DNA from: Paragordius varius
Taxonomy: Eukaryota; Animalia; Nematomorpha
NCBI GenBank assembly: GCA_964247055.1
Contig: OZ176053.1
Location: 10,540,001 to 10,604,000 of the forward strand
Reading direction: 5' to 3'
Length of the DNA stretch: 64,000 nt
The translations under genes and the position numbers were made by a program. The first letter of the stretch is position 1. Each line of letters begins with the position of its first letter. Of the stretch, positions 23,701-39,100 are shown one piece after another. Under the pieces are notes generated by a model, which worked only from the letters and a program-made list of their open reading frames with translations, was not told the origin of the DNA and ran no database searches.

Positions 23701-26700
23701 TGAATTCACTGGTCATAAGCTATCTCATGAAAAATAATTATTTTGTTAAAAAAATTTTTGCACACAGTTTTACGTATCACCTATTGTAATCATCATCAAT
23801 TATTTAATTATTGAAAAATATTCCATCATTTTGTAGTTAATTATTTATTAACTAAATTTTACATTTTCAGCATCTAAAGTTTTTAATTATTGAAATATGC
23901 TATAATAATTAAATATTTAGGTCAAAATTCTGGATAATGGAATACGCATTGTGTTATATGATTGAATGAAAATTATCAATTGTTAAAGTTTTTACGATAA
24001 AAGAGAAAATATTTAAGATGGGCATTTTAAGCCTTTACTAATAATTATAAATATGACAAGTCATCAAACAATTAATTCAATAAAAATATATCTTTTCAAA
24101 ATTTAATGGTGTGCTTTTTTAAGGGGTTATGAAAAATAACTTCTATTTTATAGTTGTTTATTCAAGCTATTTTTAGCTTTTAATACGTTTGTATTAATCA
24201 TAGAAAAAAGCCGTGGCATTTGCTGTCCGCACAAACATTGGATACGATTCCAGTTTCGATGATGATTGCCCATTGCAAGGCTATGCAGTTATATTCCATC
24301 CCAAAGAATTTTTACACATCAAAGAAGTTAATATAATTTAATAATATGCCAATCAATAAGAAATATATATATATATATCACCCAAAAATTATGTTTTGAA
24401 TGCTTCCATTTTTAATTTTTTTTATATTGAAATATAAATTATATGATCTAACTAACAAATAATATGATATGTAAAAATTTACCATTTGTTTAGGGTTTTA
24501 AATTGATACGGCCAATTTTTTTGCCGTCTATTCCGCACAAAAATAGGTTTGACTCTAAGTACTTGTTATTTCTTGCATTCAATAATAGTAACCAGAAGTG
24601 TCAATGCGAATCTTTTTTCAAATCGATCCATTATTTATTTCCCGTATAAGTTTACAGAATAGAGCAGTTTTTTTTATATTTCTGCCCATAAAATGTGCAT
24701 TTTTTCGCTTTTTTCATTCCTTTAACCAAAGTATCTTTGTTGTTAATGATATCTGGCAATAATCAATGAAAAACTACTATACATGCATTTACTTATACTG
24801 TATGATAATTATAAGAATACCATTCACATATTTAAAATGAAATATAGAAATACAATAATGATTGGTGGATTGGACGTCTGGTTAAAGAAAATTCGGAACT
24901 CGGTTTCATCCCAAGTCCGGTTAAGATTGAAGCTTTACGCCAAGCACAAGCTCATCAGGCCGCCGCAGCCGTCGTCAGTCAATCTGGCACTACACAGGGT
25001 GGTACTACTAACTCCAACAATGTTAATACTGTTACAAATGTGCCTTCAACGACAAACGATACAACGAACCAAGTTACCTCGAATGTTTCACAATCTAGGT
25101 AATAAACAATGAATCACCCTGTTTTTTATGCTATAATATATATGTTTGACAATCTCCGTAAAACGTAAAAAATGATGTTAAAAAGGTGCTGTATCTCAGC
25201 ATATGGTGATGTTAGGTTTGACATAAAATAGATAATATTTGTAGCCATAGGACATTTGCGTATAATTATATTTTTTATGCCTTCACTTTGTTAGAAAATT
25301 TTCTTCTTTAAAAAAATGTGCACGCAATTTTTTCGCTTTTTACTTTGCCATATAATATAATATAGTCGAACTACTTCAAAAATTGGTGCTCAACAATCAT
25401 CCCTTGAACATGGTCAACAATCACAAAGTAAATCCACATCGAGTCACGAATCCCTACCACCGTCACCTAGTATGGACAATTTTTGTTTTTAACTTGAAAC
25501 TATGTTTAAAATTTGATTATCAAAATTTGTACACAATGCCTGTGACTATGTCAGAAAAACTTTATTTCCTTAGCCGACCGGCAAAAATAAGGATTTATAT
25601 TGATTTAAATAAACAAAATTTTTGTGTTTTTCGGTTTATAAAAATTTTAGAAAATATTTGACAAAAGTATTGATTTTGTCTACGAGCTTTGAACCCAATG
25701 TGTGTGAGCATGTTAAATTTTACCCGAAACTAGTTGGCTTGAAATACCCATGAATATATTTTTTTCAAATTTGAAAAATATTGTAAAATTTTTTGTTATA
25801 AACCTTTTTTCTAGGATGATTGAATTAATTTAAGTCCATTATATAAAACAGAGACTATATCCACTCTCTATGTTTAGCAAATAATATGCAATCCTCATTA
25901 CAAGAAGAATTTGGTATTTCGCGGAAACCCTTGACCCATCAAACCTCTTCCCAAAAAGATGATGAGGGCGCCGTAAATGGCACTTCTGTTACCAACACGG
26001 GTATGGGTGTTGGCGGAAACACAGATACTACTTCCAAAGTTGGTGGTCCGCTCGCAAACCTAGTCAGTGGCGTTAAGGATAAACAACGAAAACCTTTCTT
26101 CAAAAAAGTATAAATATTATTTTATTTTCATTTTTAGGTCCATGTCCTCCATTTGAATTAACCTTTTAATAACAATATATAAACTCAAAATATCATCATT
26201 AAGTTAACTAACTTTATTTATATAAGCTTTAGGAGAAATTTTGCTAAATAAAAAATGTAAACCTTGAATTTGTTAGATTTGTAAAACAATATGCTGTAAA
26301 AAGTGTATTAATACCATAATGTATCGTTATTTTCAAATAAAAATATACTGCAAAAGTGTAGTGTAAAATGTTTTCATAATTAATCTTAGCATATATTTTT
26401 CATTGTTTGATTACAGCCTGAGCATTTACCACCCTATGATGTAGTGCCTTCCATGAGACCAATTGTTTTCGTTGGTCCTTCTTTAAAGGGATACGAAGTT
26501 ACTGATATGATGCAAAAAGCACTCTTTGATTTCCTCAAAAAACGATTTGAGGGCAGGTACGATAACCTAATATATGGCATAAGCTTTGAATATTTAACTA
26601 CATTTTCAAAACTACCTTATTCATGTTTGTATAGTGTCAATATAATTTTTGCAGGATTATTAAATTATTGGCCCATTTTTGTATTAATGGCTAATTTTAC

Positions 26701-29700
26701 AATCTATTTTTCAACAAACATTTAAGTAACAAAGTAATGACAAATTTCGCAAACCTTTCCAATCTAACAACATTTTTTAAAAATTACAGCTGGCCTGAAT
26801 TTGTTTAGTAGGATGAAAATGGTTATCAAGTTATCTAATAATTATATGTGACAAATTATTCTCCCTGAAATTTTTATGCATTAATGAGATTTGATCTAAT
26901 GTTATCTTTAATGTTTTTTAGAATCATTATAACACGCGTGAGTGTTGACATAAGTTTGGCCAAACGATCACTTCTCAACAATCCAACCAAACGAGCCATC
27001 ATTGATCGGACTGCCATGAATGCCAAAGCTACTTCCACGCTCGGTATAAATATATTTTAAATCCGATTTAGGGTTTTATTTTGGTGTTAAGACCAAATTT
27101 TTTATTTACAATAATTTTTAAACTTTTTATATATTTCTATTTAGATTAGCAGTATTTATTTATACTCATACTCATTTTTATCTTTTAAATAGCTGAGATT
27201 CAAGCCGAAATTGAAAGAATTTTTGAATTAGCACGTGATTTACAGCTTGTAGTACTTGATTGCGATACAATTAATCATCCTTCCCAATTGGCAAAAACTT
27301 CACTTGCTCCAATCATTGTGTATGTTAAAATATCTTCTCAAAAGGTTTGCCTTTAGTTTTAAATTTTGTTTTTTAAAAGATATAATTAATTTACTCATTT
27401 TTTATGTTTTAGGTTTTAACCCGGTTAATAAAATCGAGAGGTAAGTCTCAAAGTCGAAACCTTAATGTTCAACTTGTTACGGCTGAAAAATTGGCTCAAT
27501 GTCCTACCGTAAATTTATATTTATTTTTTTTCTTAGCATAATAAAATTGCTTTTTGTGAAAATTACGAGAAAAAAAGTTAAATCATTTTGAATTAGGGAA
27601 TATTACAAGCTGTCATTATTAGTAAAAAAAATCGCAATATAAAAGCTGATCAATCTCTAACAGAATATCGTTTTGGATAAAATTAGTTTTTTACGGATAA
27701 TTAGCATCGTACAAAATACTCAATATCATTTTTTTCGAAAAGAATTTTAACATCATTAGTTTTTGCAAAATAAAGTGCCCATAAATAAACATTTTATAAA
27801 AACCGTGTTTGTTTTTATAAGAAGCATTTATTATATCTAGGAAATGTTTGATGTCATTTTGGAGGAAAATCAATTGGAAGATGCTTGTGAACATTTGGCC
27901 GAAGTGTTAGAGTCCTATTGGAGAGCCACACATCCTGTTTATTATGATGATGAGGACGATTACTTGAATGAATATATGATGGAAGATCAACAGGGTTTAC
28001 CTTTGAATTATTTTTATTTTTTGGGAAAATGTTTTTTGAAATAAGTGAAATCTGAAATGTCTTTATATTTAATTAATACATATTTGTAATAAAGTATGTT
28101 TTTTATCAAAATAATATATTTATTATATGTTACCGCTATTATTTTAAATAATCATAATTGTTACTGATAGTACCGAGTGTTTTAAAATATAGCCCTTTAA
28201 AAATAAGACAATTGAAACATCTGTATGCGCATTAATTTGCAATTATAATATTGAATTTCAAATTTTATTATCCAAAGTACATTTATCATAAATTTTTTCC
28301 GAAATAAAGGTCAAGCTTTGTCGACGCAATCTCAACAATATTACGATTACGGTGATAATGTAAGTGAAATAGATGAACTCAATAGGAAAAAGGGTAATGT
28401 TTATATCAAATAATTTTATATTTCTATCTGTTATACTATCCAGGGGTTTCCAACACGCTGTTCTGTACGCAAAAGTACTCTAAAATATGTTTAAAAAATA
28501 AAGGTTTTTAACATAAATTAACAATTATTTAGAAGATATATCATTCGATATTTAAAATGAATAAAATCGAAATTTACAATGAACCCCGCGATGATATCTG
28601 TGTTGGAAACCCATGATATTATCATACGAATTTCATATACCTTTTTTGTCTATTATTTTACTTTTAAAAGTTTGGTTTATTCTTGTCTTTTTTGAAAGCA
28701 TTACTACATATATTTTTTCAGTTATTTCCAAGATTTATGTTATTGAAAACCGTTTTATATAAATATCCATTTAAAATAATAAAGGGCCCGATGGCAATAA
28801 AACAGCTTCCCGGTTATTGAACAGATTAAGTATTTTATCTGGAACAAGTATTAGTTCTGGTTCGCAACCACCACATAACGTAAATCCACAAGATGCCAGA
28901 AATGAAAGGAGGGAATCATCCCTACTTTCCAGGTCATTTTCCTATTTAATTTTATTTCACGGGATTTCCCTTAAAATTATAAAATAACGAAGTATTTTAT
29001 TTGAGTGAGTCAAAGTTTTAATTGTTATTAGGTTAATATAACATTTTGCATTTATTCAGATAACTGTCATTTGTGAACCCCTTTATTATAAGTTTTTAAG
29101 GCTATTATCCGAATAAAATTGTATTAATGTATAAATCAAACTTAGGCTAACAATGTAGCTTGAAATTGTCTTATTTTAACCATGATACATTATCACGAAA
29201 ATTAATAAAGCATGTATATAAATTATATATTTTGCAAATAATAGACAAAGGTCATTTGTTAGATCGGGAGCGGGTCCGCCCGGTACACGTCAACTTCCAC
29301 ATCAACCCGCTCCAAATTTGGTAGATCATTCACATTCTAATAAAGGTAATATGCTCGCCATATCCGCTAATTTTGACCGCACTGATGCTAAAAGGCGTAG
29401 TGCACGTGCAGAATTGATTACTGCTAATACGCCTTCTGTAACGCAAAAATTACTTAAACCCGAAACTGGGGATATGAGGTGAGTTGTAGGTTACTATCTA
29501 TCATATGTAAAAATGCACGAAAAATTTGCTACATTAAACTTACTTTTATGATTTCGGTTAAGGATGTAATGACATTTATTTCATGCTTAGATTTTTCTTG
29601 TTTATTTCTGAAAAATGATATTTCCAAACTAGTTTAGTTAGTGGTAGGAATGCATACATAATCTATTGTAATTTAAAGATGACAATGTATATTTGAACAC

Positions 29701-32700
29701 ATTTTTACTACAATAAATTTTGTCCTTTTTTATATTATCTACAAATTTTATAGTATAAAATTTGAAATCATAAAGAAAAACCAAAAAGACTAAGATACAT
29801 TTTTTGAAAAACAGCCATACTTTTATACACCTTAATTCTTTAATTTTAAACCTATTGTTCTGGATGTTGCGAAACATGGAATAGAGATTAAATTGGTTAC
29901 GCTCTAATTATATATAAATATATTTCAAAATTGTAATCATTTGTAGGTTATATAAAAAAATCAAGGTTTCAAAAAGTATAACTGTTTTTTAATATTTTCC
30001 CTTAATTTCAAAACACATCTGCATTTATGATTTTAGACTTGTTATGTCTGCTAAGCTTTTTTTAAAAGAGGTCATTCCATATTTATATTTAACCGATCAA
30101 AAAGTCAACTTTAAAAAAATATATGGTACATTGATCGTAATGTTTAAATTTTTGTCCCCTTGTTCTTTTATATTTTAGCAAAGTTGTTACCCAAATATAT
30201 TTTAATGAATGTTAGAAACACTCACAGACAGCAAGCACGATATCAACGAAATGATTCTTCCAGTGGCTCGTCATCTAATTCTTCTACGTCATCCATGAAT
30301 TCAAATTCTTTGCAACCACAAAGATTGCCTTTACCAGGCACCGGACCGCATTATTACAAAAACAGAGATGGTAAATCTCCATCTACACATGGATACCAAA
30401 AAGTAAAATATACAATAAATATGGAAAGAGCTAAGGTGTGAAAAATATTAAATTCTATAATGGTTAATTAACTATATTTGATTTTTAATTTTTCACTAAT
30501 AAAAAACATACGACCCCTAATTAATATTTTTTAACTCCTTATATTTTATTGTGAGAAATTATAAAAATGCGGTTTATAAAATTGTGATTACCTTTTTATA
30601 TTGCGTGATATTTTGCGTAGACTTTTGCTACATATTTTTACGCCCCATATCTTTGGGATTAAAACTTATTTTTTAATAGTTCTGATTTAAGAACGCTTGT
30701 ATTTCTGCAACAATTAATTTTGATCTAACTTATATCTTCTACTGTTATAAATATATAGGACCATCAATACTCCTCCAAATCTTCCGAAAATGCACCACAG
30801 AATGATTCACATAATTTGCCTGCAACTGTCAGACAAAGGCGCCTACAACCCGTGATTCCACCGACACCACACTCTAATATGCGTTATTTACACCAATCTC
30901 CCCCACATTTATTAAGTGATCAAACGATGCCAGGTAACAAAGGATTGTTTAAAATAAAATTAAAAATTATTCTAGGGATTGGAACTGCAACTATTTTTTT
31001 AGAATTCAAATTGAATATATTGGAATTTATAAAACTGTTGAATTATTTTATTTTTTTTCAATTTTTGTTGTTTTTATTCTATTATTACCATCAAGTTTTG
31101 ATTTTTTTTGTATATTCATACATCGAAATTATTTGATAATTAAATGGAACCGAAATAAACCAATTGACCTAACGGTGTTGTTGTTAACTATTCCGACTAA
31201 CTGCATTTTTAAAAATATATCTTCTCCCCTCATTACGTATACCAGATCTAGCGTTTAGTTCGGCTAATGTTTGGTTTGTTTTTTTGATGATGTCCATCCT
31301 TTTCCCAGTATGACTTTTCGAGTGTGTTGGATCTCAAGCTGTGGCCGTCGTAGGAGGGTTTTTGGTGTATTAGGCTGCCAAGTAGAAACATTTTGGGATT
31401 AATTTTGTTTAATATAGTATTAGGGTTGTCTGACCATTTTGTTTGAACAAGTGACCTTATAGGCGCGAAAAAATGGGCATTTTTTTAGACCCGCCATTTC
31501 ATCAGTAAACGCTTTGAAAAAAAACATTATACTTTTGTATCAAGAAATAATATAATAATCTATCTGAAATTACTATAAAAAATGAAATTAAACAGACGAA
31601 ACGTAAAAACTAAGAAGGACTAATTCATTCAAAAAACACAACTCTCCATATAACTACTCATTGATTTGGTATGCAAAATAAGAGTAGAAATGTAAATCGG
31701 TCAAAAACTATAAATAATTATGTAGTTTATGTAGAAGAAGCATCAAACTTTGAAAAGGTATGGTGTTGCCTTTTGAAAAAATATTGTCTTTTAAAATTTA
31801 ATTTTTGTATGCATAATTCCCATTTTTAATGTGTGTATGTATATTGATACTTTGTCATGACAGAAGATGATTCTCTAGCCGATCACGATAATTTCGATGA
31901 CAACAATTATTTTGAACGAGCTGCTTCGCTCAACAAATCACCTTCGGCTTATAAACAAACGCATTACAACTTACCCGTTATGAATAGTACTATTAACGCG
32001 ACGCAAACCTCACATAAGCACAGAAATAGCAAAGTTAATAAAAGTCCACATATTAGCAGCAGTCATACACCATTAGATGCAAGGATGGCCCATCATATTA
32101 CAACCAATCAACATTCTCAATCATATAATCAAGGGGGAGGACGTCAACAACCCCAATTATCATCACCCTTAATGCAGTATCATCACAACAAATATGCTTC
32201 TAATGGAGGCGCTAATATACCAAGGTACAATTGCAATCTAAGTGTTCTTTTTATTTTTGGCCTTCGCCTTTTAGCAACAGCATATCTGCTTAATAATCAG
32301 TAATTTTATTTCATAAAGATGTAACAAAAACTAAACTATTTTTTATAACTCTTGATTTTTTTGATTATATGATTACTATTTAAATATAAACTTATTTCGC
32401 TACCAAAACTGGTGGTATCAAAAGATATTGATTTTCTTTATATATAGAAAATAAAAATTTCACTTTTAATGTTTAGTGTTTATAATCATAATTTTATTGT
32501 TAATATATAAGTAAATTTTTTGGCTTTTTGTTTATTAGCAACCACAAATCTTACAAATATAATTATGCTTAGTCGCATTTAATACAGATATGGAGATGAT
32601 GATGAACGGCAACATCTAAATCCACAACAAATCCCTTATGCTGCTCAATCTGTTATATCCAAAGATTCTTTAAATGACAAACGGGTACGTCGTGCACCCC

Positions 32701-32810
32701 AATTAGGTTACTTGCCTGCACAAAGTTCACACGAAAAAATTATGCAAGCCAAAAAATCATTTTTTGAAAATGCGTCGTCACATCCATCAACCCAAAATTA
32801 TGCTGCTTAG
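20706..32810 (+). CDS. CACNB: Voltage-gated calcium channel beta subunit (SH3-HOOK-GK) with ~490-aa low-complexity C-terminal extension
   Basis: Exons encode [22 protein letters not shown] (22873-22989), [15 protein letters not shown] (24204-24326), [22 protein letters not shown] (from 24848), [34 protein letters not shown] (from 26417), [28 protein letters not shown]. Downstream exons stay in phase to TAG at 32808-32810. First exon (20706-20828) is the least certain. Confidence 0.9.
22580..22832. mobile_element. hAT-derived MITE-like repeat, second copy (CaV beta intron)
   Basis: Homologous to 15209-15499; right end GCCATTTATGTTGGACACTTCTG. Confidence 0.5.
28441..28615. mobile_element. hAT-type MITE (175 bp) in a CaV beta intron
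   Basis: TIRs CAGGGGTTTCCAACAC / GTGTTGGAAACCCATG; 8-bp flanks atactatc / atattatc (7 of 8 match). Confidence 0.75.
31180..31390 (-). mobile_element. Highly decayed RTE 3' fragment
   Basis: GC-richer patch; minus translation includes ILGKGWTS and VYVMRGE..LVG, weakly like RTE LGI.W and GHVMR..GK motifs. Confidence 0.35.
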
Positions 32811-33178
32811 GAGGGAAATACTGTATTTTGTTACTTTTTGACAATTTGGTATAGTAGATTACGAATTCGCCATGCTTTAAAAGACATTGGCTAATATATG
32901 TAATATATGTGATCAAAAATCTTAATAATAAGTGCAATACAGCAATTATAAAACATATATGTAGAGATTGTCATTATTTAATATTTATAACGAATAGCTT
33001 ATTCCGACATGTATTAGTTGCCTAATTATCATTCAATTATTTAAATACATACATATATTTTATTTGCAAATTAACCATTTTGTAACCACAGTATCCCATA
33101 TATTAACATGTAAATTAATAATAATAAATTAACATTCGCACTATAATTTATTTAATGTTTTAAAAAATTAACAATCAT

Positions 33179-36100
33179 TTACATAAGGGATAAAAATAGC
33201 TTTCCTTTCACCATTTTTTTCTGGGGGTTCAAATTTTTAAGTATAGCCGTCATACGTTCGGCCAATTGTTCTTTGGATTCAGCACCGCTCTTGAATTTAT
33301 GCAATAATTCTTTGGCTGTCATTGGTCTTCTTTGCAAATATTTTTTCACATTTTCCTCATTTAGATCGATGGCTGTATTGTCCATAGACAAATTTTCAAT
33401 TTTATTATCAACGTCAACAGTTTTATTGATTGGATTAATCGTATCTTTTATGTCACCCAATACTTTAGCAACCATTAAACGTTTATTGGCATTTTCTTTT
33501 CGTTGAAGTGATGTGTCCAAACCCTTTCGCTTCGTACCTTACATTATGTTAAAAAGGAATTATAGTATATAAAGGCAAAACATAAAAAGTAAAAGACACT
33601 AATCTTTGATAAACAATTTTTAATTTTACTATTGTCAAATATCAAGTTGAATGTGTTACAAATTTACATCTATATTCCTGTTTCCCAACCCGAAACGATG
33701 GGTTATATTTATTTAAATTAAGTATTAAAAATATTAGTCGTTTGCCTTTTGTTAATTTTGATTATTATCGTATGATCTTATAATAATTTTCACTAGGTAT
33801 TATTGGTAACTGGGCCAAAAATAATTTTCACTAATTAAAAATAATTTTACTTTCTTGTGGTAAATCGCCTTGACGTTTCTAAAAATGCAAAAAAAGTAAA
33901 AACAATTATATATATATATATATATATATATATTTTTAATTGATATTTAAAAGTATGAAAAAATCCAAAACTTGCAAAAATATAGAAGATTTAATATTGT
34001 CATCCAGTTCGAGATCGGATTCGTCTGACGTGGCTCCGCTCGTACTAGTTGTGCTTGACGAATCTGAATCAGCTGGACTCGAATGACCAGATTTTTCTTC
34101 CGCATCAAGCGATTCGGCCGAGGATGTCATGATTTCACCATGATTTGAATTTTCTGAGTTTAAATAATAGTTAGTTAATACTTACAACTCATTTTTAATT
34201 TAATACCCAAAACGCGGTTCGCATATATTATTAAACATAAATATTTAGTCATCTGTGAAAACCAATAAATGCCATTATTTTGCTACCGAAAAATATTACA
34301 GTGAATAGATACAAAATCATATTCTTAAAAACAAAATAAACATTTGGAATTATGTCAAAAATTAATAACGCATTATATAATCTAAACAATATTCATTTAA
34401 TTTGATAACCCTTATTTTTACCTTTGTGAAAATATATAATTAATATTTACCATTTTCATTTTTTGATTTAGGTTTTTTTCGCCGTCCCCGTTTTTTGTTT
34501 TCTTTCTTGCGCTTTTTCAACTTCTGTGCTCATCATATAATAGGTGAAAACCATTGTAATTTTACTTAAAACATGAAATACTTTAATGGTACAATAACGA
34601 TCGTCCCAACCTTTTTCGATTCCTCGTGTCCACCGTCTCCATTCTCTCTTTCCCCTGGCAAAGCAGTGCTCGATTTTGGCGTATTTTCATTTAGCCCATC
34701 CATGCTATTACTATTTGTGTGGCTATTGGTATCTTCAATGCTATCTTTAGGGATTATTTCCTCATTATTTTGATCAAAATCATCATTTTCATCGTCATCA
34801 TCTAGGTAATGTAATTCCCGTAAACCAGGTTCATCAGCCACTCCTAGTGGTTCTTGTTCTTCATCGAGGAGTTCGGACAAGTCTGGCATATTTGTCGCAG
34901 TCTCAGCATCATTATTACGGAGGTTAGATTGTTTTTGTTGATCCTCTTCACTATAATATATGAGATATAAATATGAAAGCATCTATTTTATATCGTTATT
35001 TGTTTTTATTATTTCGAAAAACCATCTTTTCACATAATTAATGCAAAATCTTGAGTATACTATAAAAAATATTTTTGCGACCGGTTTAAATAATCACTCA
35101 TTTTTGTACACTATATATATTTATCAAGTAATGATCGATAAGAGAATTATATTTGTCATTATTATTCATCTTTCCAAATCTGATTATAAATCACCATGAA
35201 TGACTGCATTTACAAGCAGTTCGACCGTTCATCATTTAAATAATCAATTAAAACTCAAACATTAACTATGGTGTAAAGTGTCCACTATTAATAAGTCAAT
35301 AACTTTTACTTTACGATAATTTAGCTTAAATAGATATATATTTTCAATTACGCATTTTTGCGATTATCAATCGATGGATTTATATCATCAGTCTCGTCTT
35401 CCGAAGTGGTTGACATGTAATCCAATTCTTGGCCTTCAACATCCCCGTCGTCAGACTCTTCGCCTGGTTCAGAGTCGTTAAGGTTTTCTTTTTTCTTTTT
35501 TGGGTTACTGGACTCTTTTTTGTTTTGGAGGGCTTTTTTACGAGCGGCATTAATTTTGTGTTGACGATTATTATCACCTCACATAATATAAGAAATAAAT
35601 TGTAAAATTGATATTTATTCGTTGTCAATTTGCAAATATTTAAAATAATTTGATTGATCACATTTTTTTTATGTGAAAGAGGGGTGAATCAATTAGGAAA
35701 ACACTATAAAAAGAGAGTCAAAGTTCCCATAAAACAGGCATATAAAAAACTTAAAAGCCTTATATGATACAATGCTAATAAATTTATTTATAATGTTTTC
35801 GGATATATGGTGTTTGAGAAATTTCTAGGAAAATCATATGATTTTACGCATTTCGGTTTCAAAATTTATTTTACATATACAGCATTTAATTTCCAATTTC
35901 CTCCGGGTTTTTAAATTCAGAAATAATTAAATGAATTATATCATAATTTGACGATTTGCTTTATCGAAGCGCTAAAATCTGTTCGAATTTTTTAACACTA
36001 TCGAGAACCAACATTAGATGATATTTAAAATAAAAGAGATATATTTTAAAGTTTACCTTTAAATATTCCATTCCATACTTGTTACGTAAATTTATAATTA

Positions 36101-39100
36101 CTTAAAATTTTGCACACATTCCAAATTATAAGCCGACAAGTCAAAAATAATACAACGGCTAATTGCATTATATGATTTTAACCAAAAAATGATTTATATG
36201 CGAAAATGTTATTAAGGCAAAATTTGAAAAAAAGTCACCTAAACCAAATAATGTATATGCATTGGCGATGCTATAATATATTCTTATTTTTCACTAACCA
36301 TTTTCCAAGCTTACTTTTGTGGGAACAAATGTATGCAATAGCAAATCATCTATTTTTTAAAAAGTCGATGATGGTATATAACCAAAAATTAAATTTATTG
36401 AACATTTATGATTTGTAAACAAATTATAGTGCGTTGTGCGCTATCAATATTAAATGGCCATTGGTTTAATAATTTTTTTATGGAAAAGCATCTATGCATA
36501 TCAATATGATAATATTAACAACTTAAATTTACCTCTTCAAGAACGGAGATGTACGGATATTGATGATTAATAAAAATTTGTTTCCAAAAGAAAAACTATC
36601 ATTAGTTAAGAGTAAATTATTCGGTTGTCCCTTCCGATTCCTGTAAAAACTTCTACAATCATTCCAATAATATTTTATTAAAGATGGAACCCTTCCTTTT
36701 CCATACTTATAGCATAACTCGGGCTAGGTGTCCATGAAATATTCTGCGAATTAAAATAGATGGCAAAACCATTTATATGAGCTTCGCTTATGGTACAACA
36801 CTTTTAGCAGATTACCAGGTGTGGTCATAATACAGGTTTTTTGAAAAACAAATAATTTGGACAAGGAAAATTAATTTTTATTTTTTCAAAATATTATCCA
36901 TGGGCTTATACACATTTCGCTTATTTTTCAGGTAATATATCGATGCCATGCCATAAAAATGAGTGCTTTTGCGGCAAACCATTCGACAAGCCATTTTTCA
37001 ACGTCTTCGAAATTATTGAAGTGATGATCCCTGTGCCCCATTAATGCGAAAAGCTATAGGATAGGGTTAGGTCAGAGGAGTAGAGCAGATAAGGTGTCTT
37101 TCGCTGATTTTGCTGTGTAACACGAAGCATTTCATGTAGCGAAATCACTTTGTCATCATGTATTTTAGTCCATTTCGGTCGTTTTTCGATTAATAAATGG
37201 TATGAATTAATATTTTGTTGTGGATAGCGGTGTTGTGCATTAACGGTTTACTAGGTTTTAAAGATTTATAATACGCAACGCCACTCAGGGCCCACCAAAC
37301 ACTCTTGGTGATGATAGATCGGCTGGTAGGAGCAAGCCAAGATTTTTGCGCTTTGAAGTATTAAAGCCACTTTTCACATCCGTCACAATTCAATGCAATG
37401 AGATTTCCTTTCGTGATGTTGAAGCAGGAATCACAAGTCTTGCGATTTTTTTCATTTGGGACCCATTAACCGAGTTAATCTTCCCAATTGCTCGTAGTCG
37501 TTGACCGATTTGTGATACATGGAATACTTTGCCTGAGTTTGAGTTGAGTCATCATAAAATAACTTTTGTCTGAGTTTGAGTTGAGTCATCATAAAATAAC
37601 CTTTCATTTATTGCAGTTGTGTGTTCTACCAAAGTGTTCATTCTCTTTCACATTACAACTTTTATATTTTCATAACCATTTTTTCACAATTTTAAACGAT
37701 CGCGTATGTACATTCCACATGTTTCTTCCAGCAAACGACCTCAACAGCCTCTGGAATCAGGAAAGCAATGCGGGCCGCAAAAGTTATTTTTATTCGACAT
37801 TACGAAATATAAAACTTGTGTGTGGGTGTGTACAATGTCTCAGCTTTCACTTGTGCACATTGAAATTCCTAGACCAGCATGTCTCAATCACAAAACAACT
37901 GACAATTATCTTTCTATTTTTTGATTTTGATGTCCTTTTGAGGAGAGGGCATAACACATAGTCAATTAATCCGCGTTTATTTGGGAAAACTGTTATAGAA
38001 AATGATTTAACATTTTATATTATGAAGATATGCTTGATAAATAAATTAATGTGAATTTCGGAATAGGAAAAATGATGCCAAATAAATTTTATCTGCTATT
38101 ACATTCCTTATTTTTAAATACGCAAGCATGTAAATTTCAAACACAATTTTAGGTGATAGTTAAAAGAACGAACAAATTTAGATAGTTGAAGAATAGGGTT
38201 TTAAATCATTAAATATTTAGATCAGCCAGATTTTATTTCCAACACAATTTTGGTTAATCAAAATAACGTTCACCACCGTGTTATGACTAAGTATTAGTTG
38301 ATGAGCATTATCAAGCTTTTTTTCACTCATTTGGTAGTCAATAAGAATGAAATCGCATGATTACAAGTAAAAGTGTTACTATATAATTAAAATATATTGC
38401 AGGAATATCTCTATTTCAACCCAAAAACGCTTTAGGACACGCCTGTGATAAAACTAAAATTGAAACACTTTTTCTAATAACTCGGGTATGGTATTTAGGT
38501 CTGATTTTTTAAAATTAGAATATTTCTTTTCGTAAAAAATTTGATATATTAATGGGTAAAAATCTGCCGTTTACAATAAATGTATTAGGGTCTTTTGTCA
38601 TGAAAGTTTTTTGAGTATATACTCTTTGTAGATGATTGCTATCCCTTTTTTCATTAAGCATTTAACATTTCTCCTTTTTATAAGAGTTGTTGTGTATTCC
38701 ATCCCTCTTTTACTTCACTTTTTGCCTTTGCTAGTCAAGTACAATGATAGTATAGACTTGTTTTTTTCATACAATTTTTTAATATTAATAAAACACTCAC
38801 ACTTCTCTTTCTACTCTACATAATAAACCTAAACAAAACAAGCACAAATAACAATATATATAAAAAAAAGAATAGATGGATAAACAACACTCAATGATGA
38901 TGAAAAAATAGAAATACCTTACTTACTGCATGTGTTAAAACGTACTTACTTGCTTGCTTTATATTTATATCGAGTATAAACTACATTTTTTGTTTTTCGT
39001 ATTTTATTGTAATAATATCACTGTTTTTAAATTTTATAATATATAAATATATTTGCACTTGAATAAATGACGGAAAAAATGGATCAAACCAGAGAAATTT

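Noticed and set aside
26417-26556. Praziquantel-associated variant CaV beta
   Set aside because: Both BID serines (PSMRP, PSLKG) are present.
31720-31760. Micro-exon in the CaV beta tail
   Set aside because: It would end in phase 0 while the next exon needs phase 1; skipping it keeps the frame.
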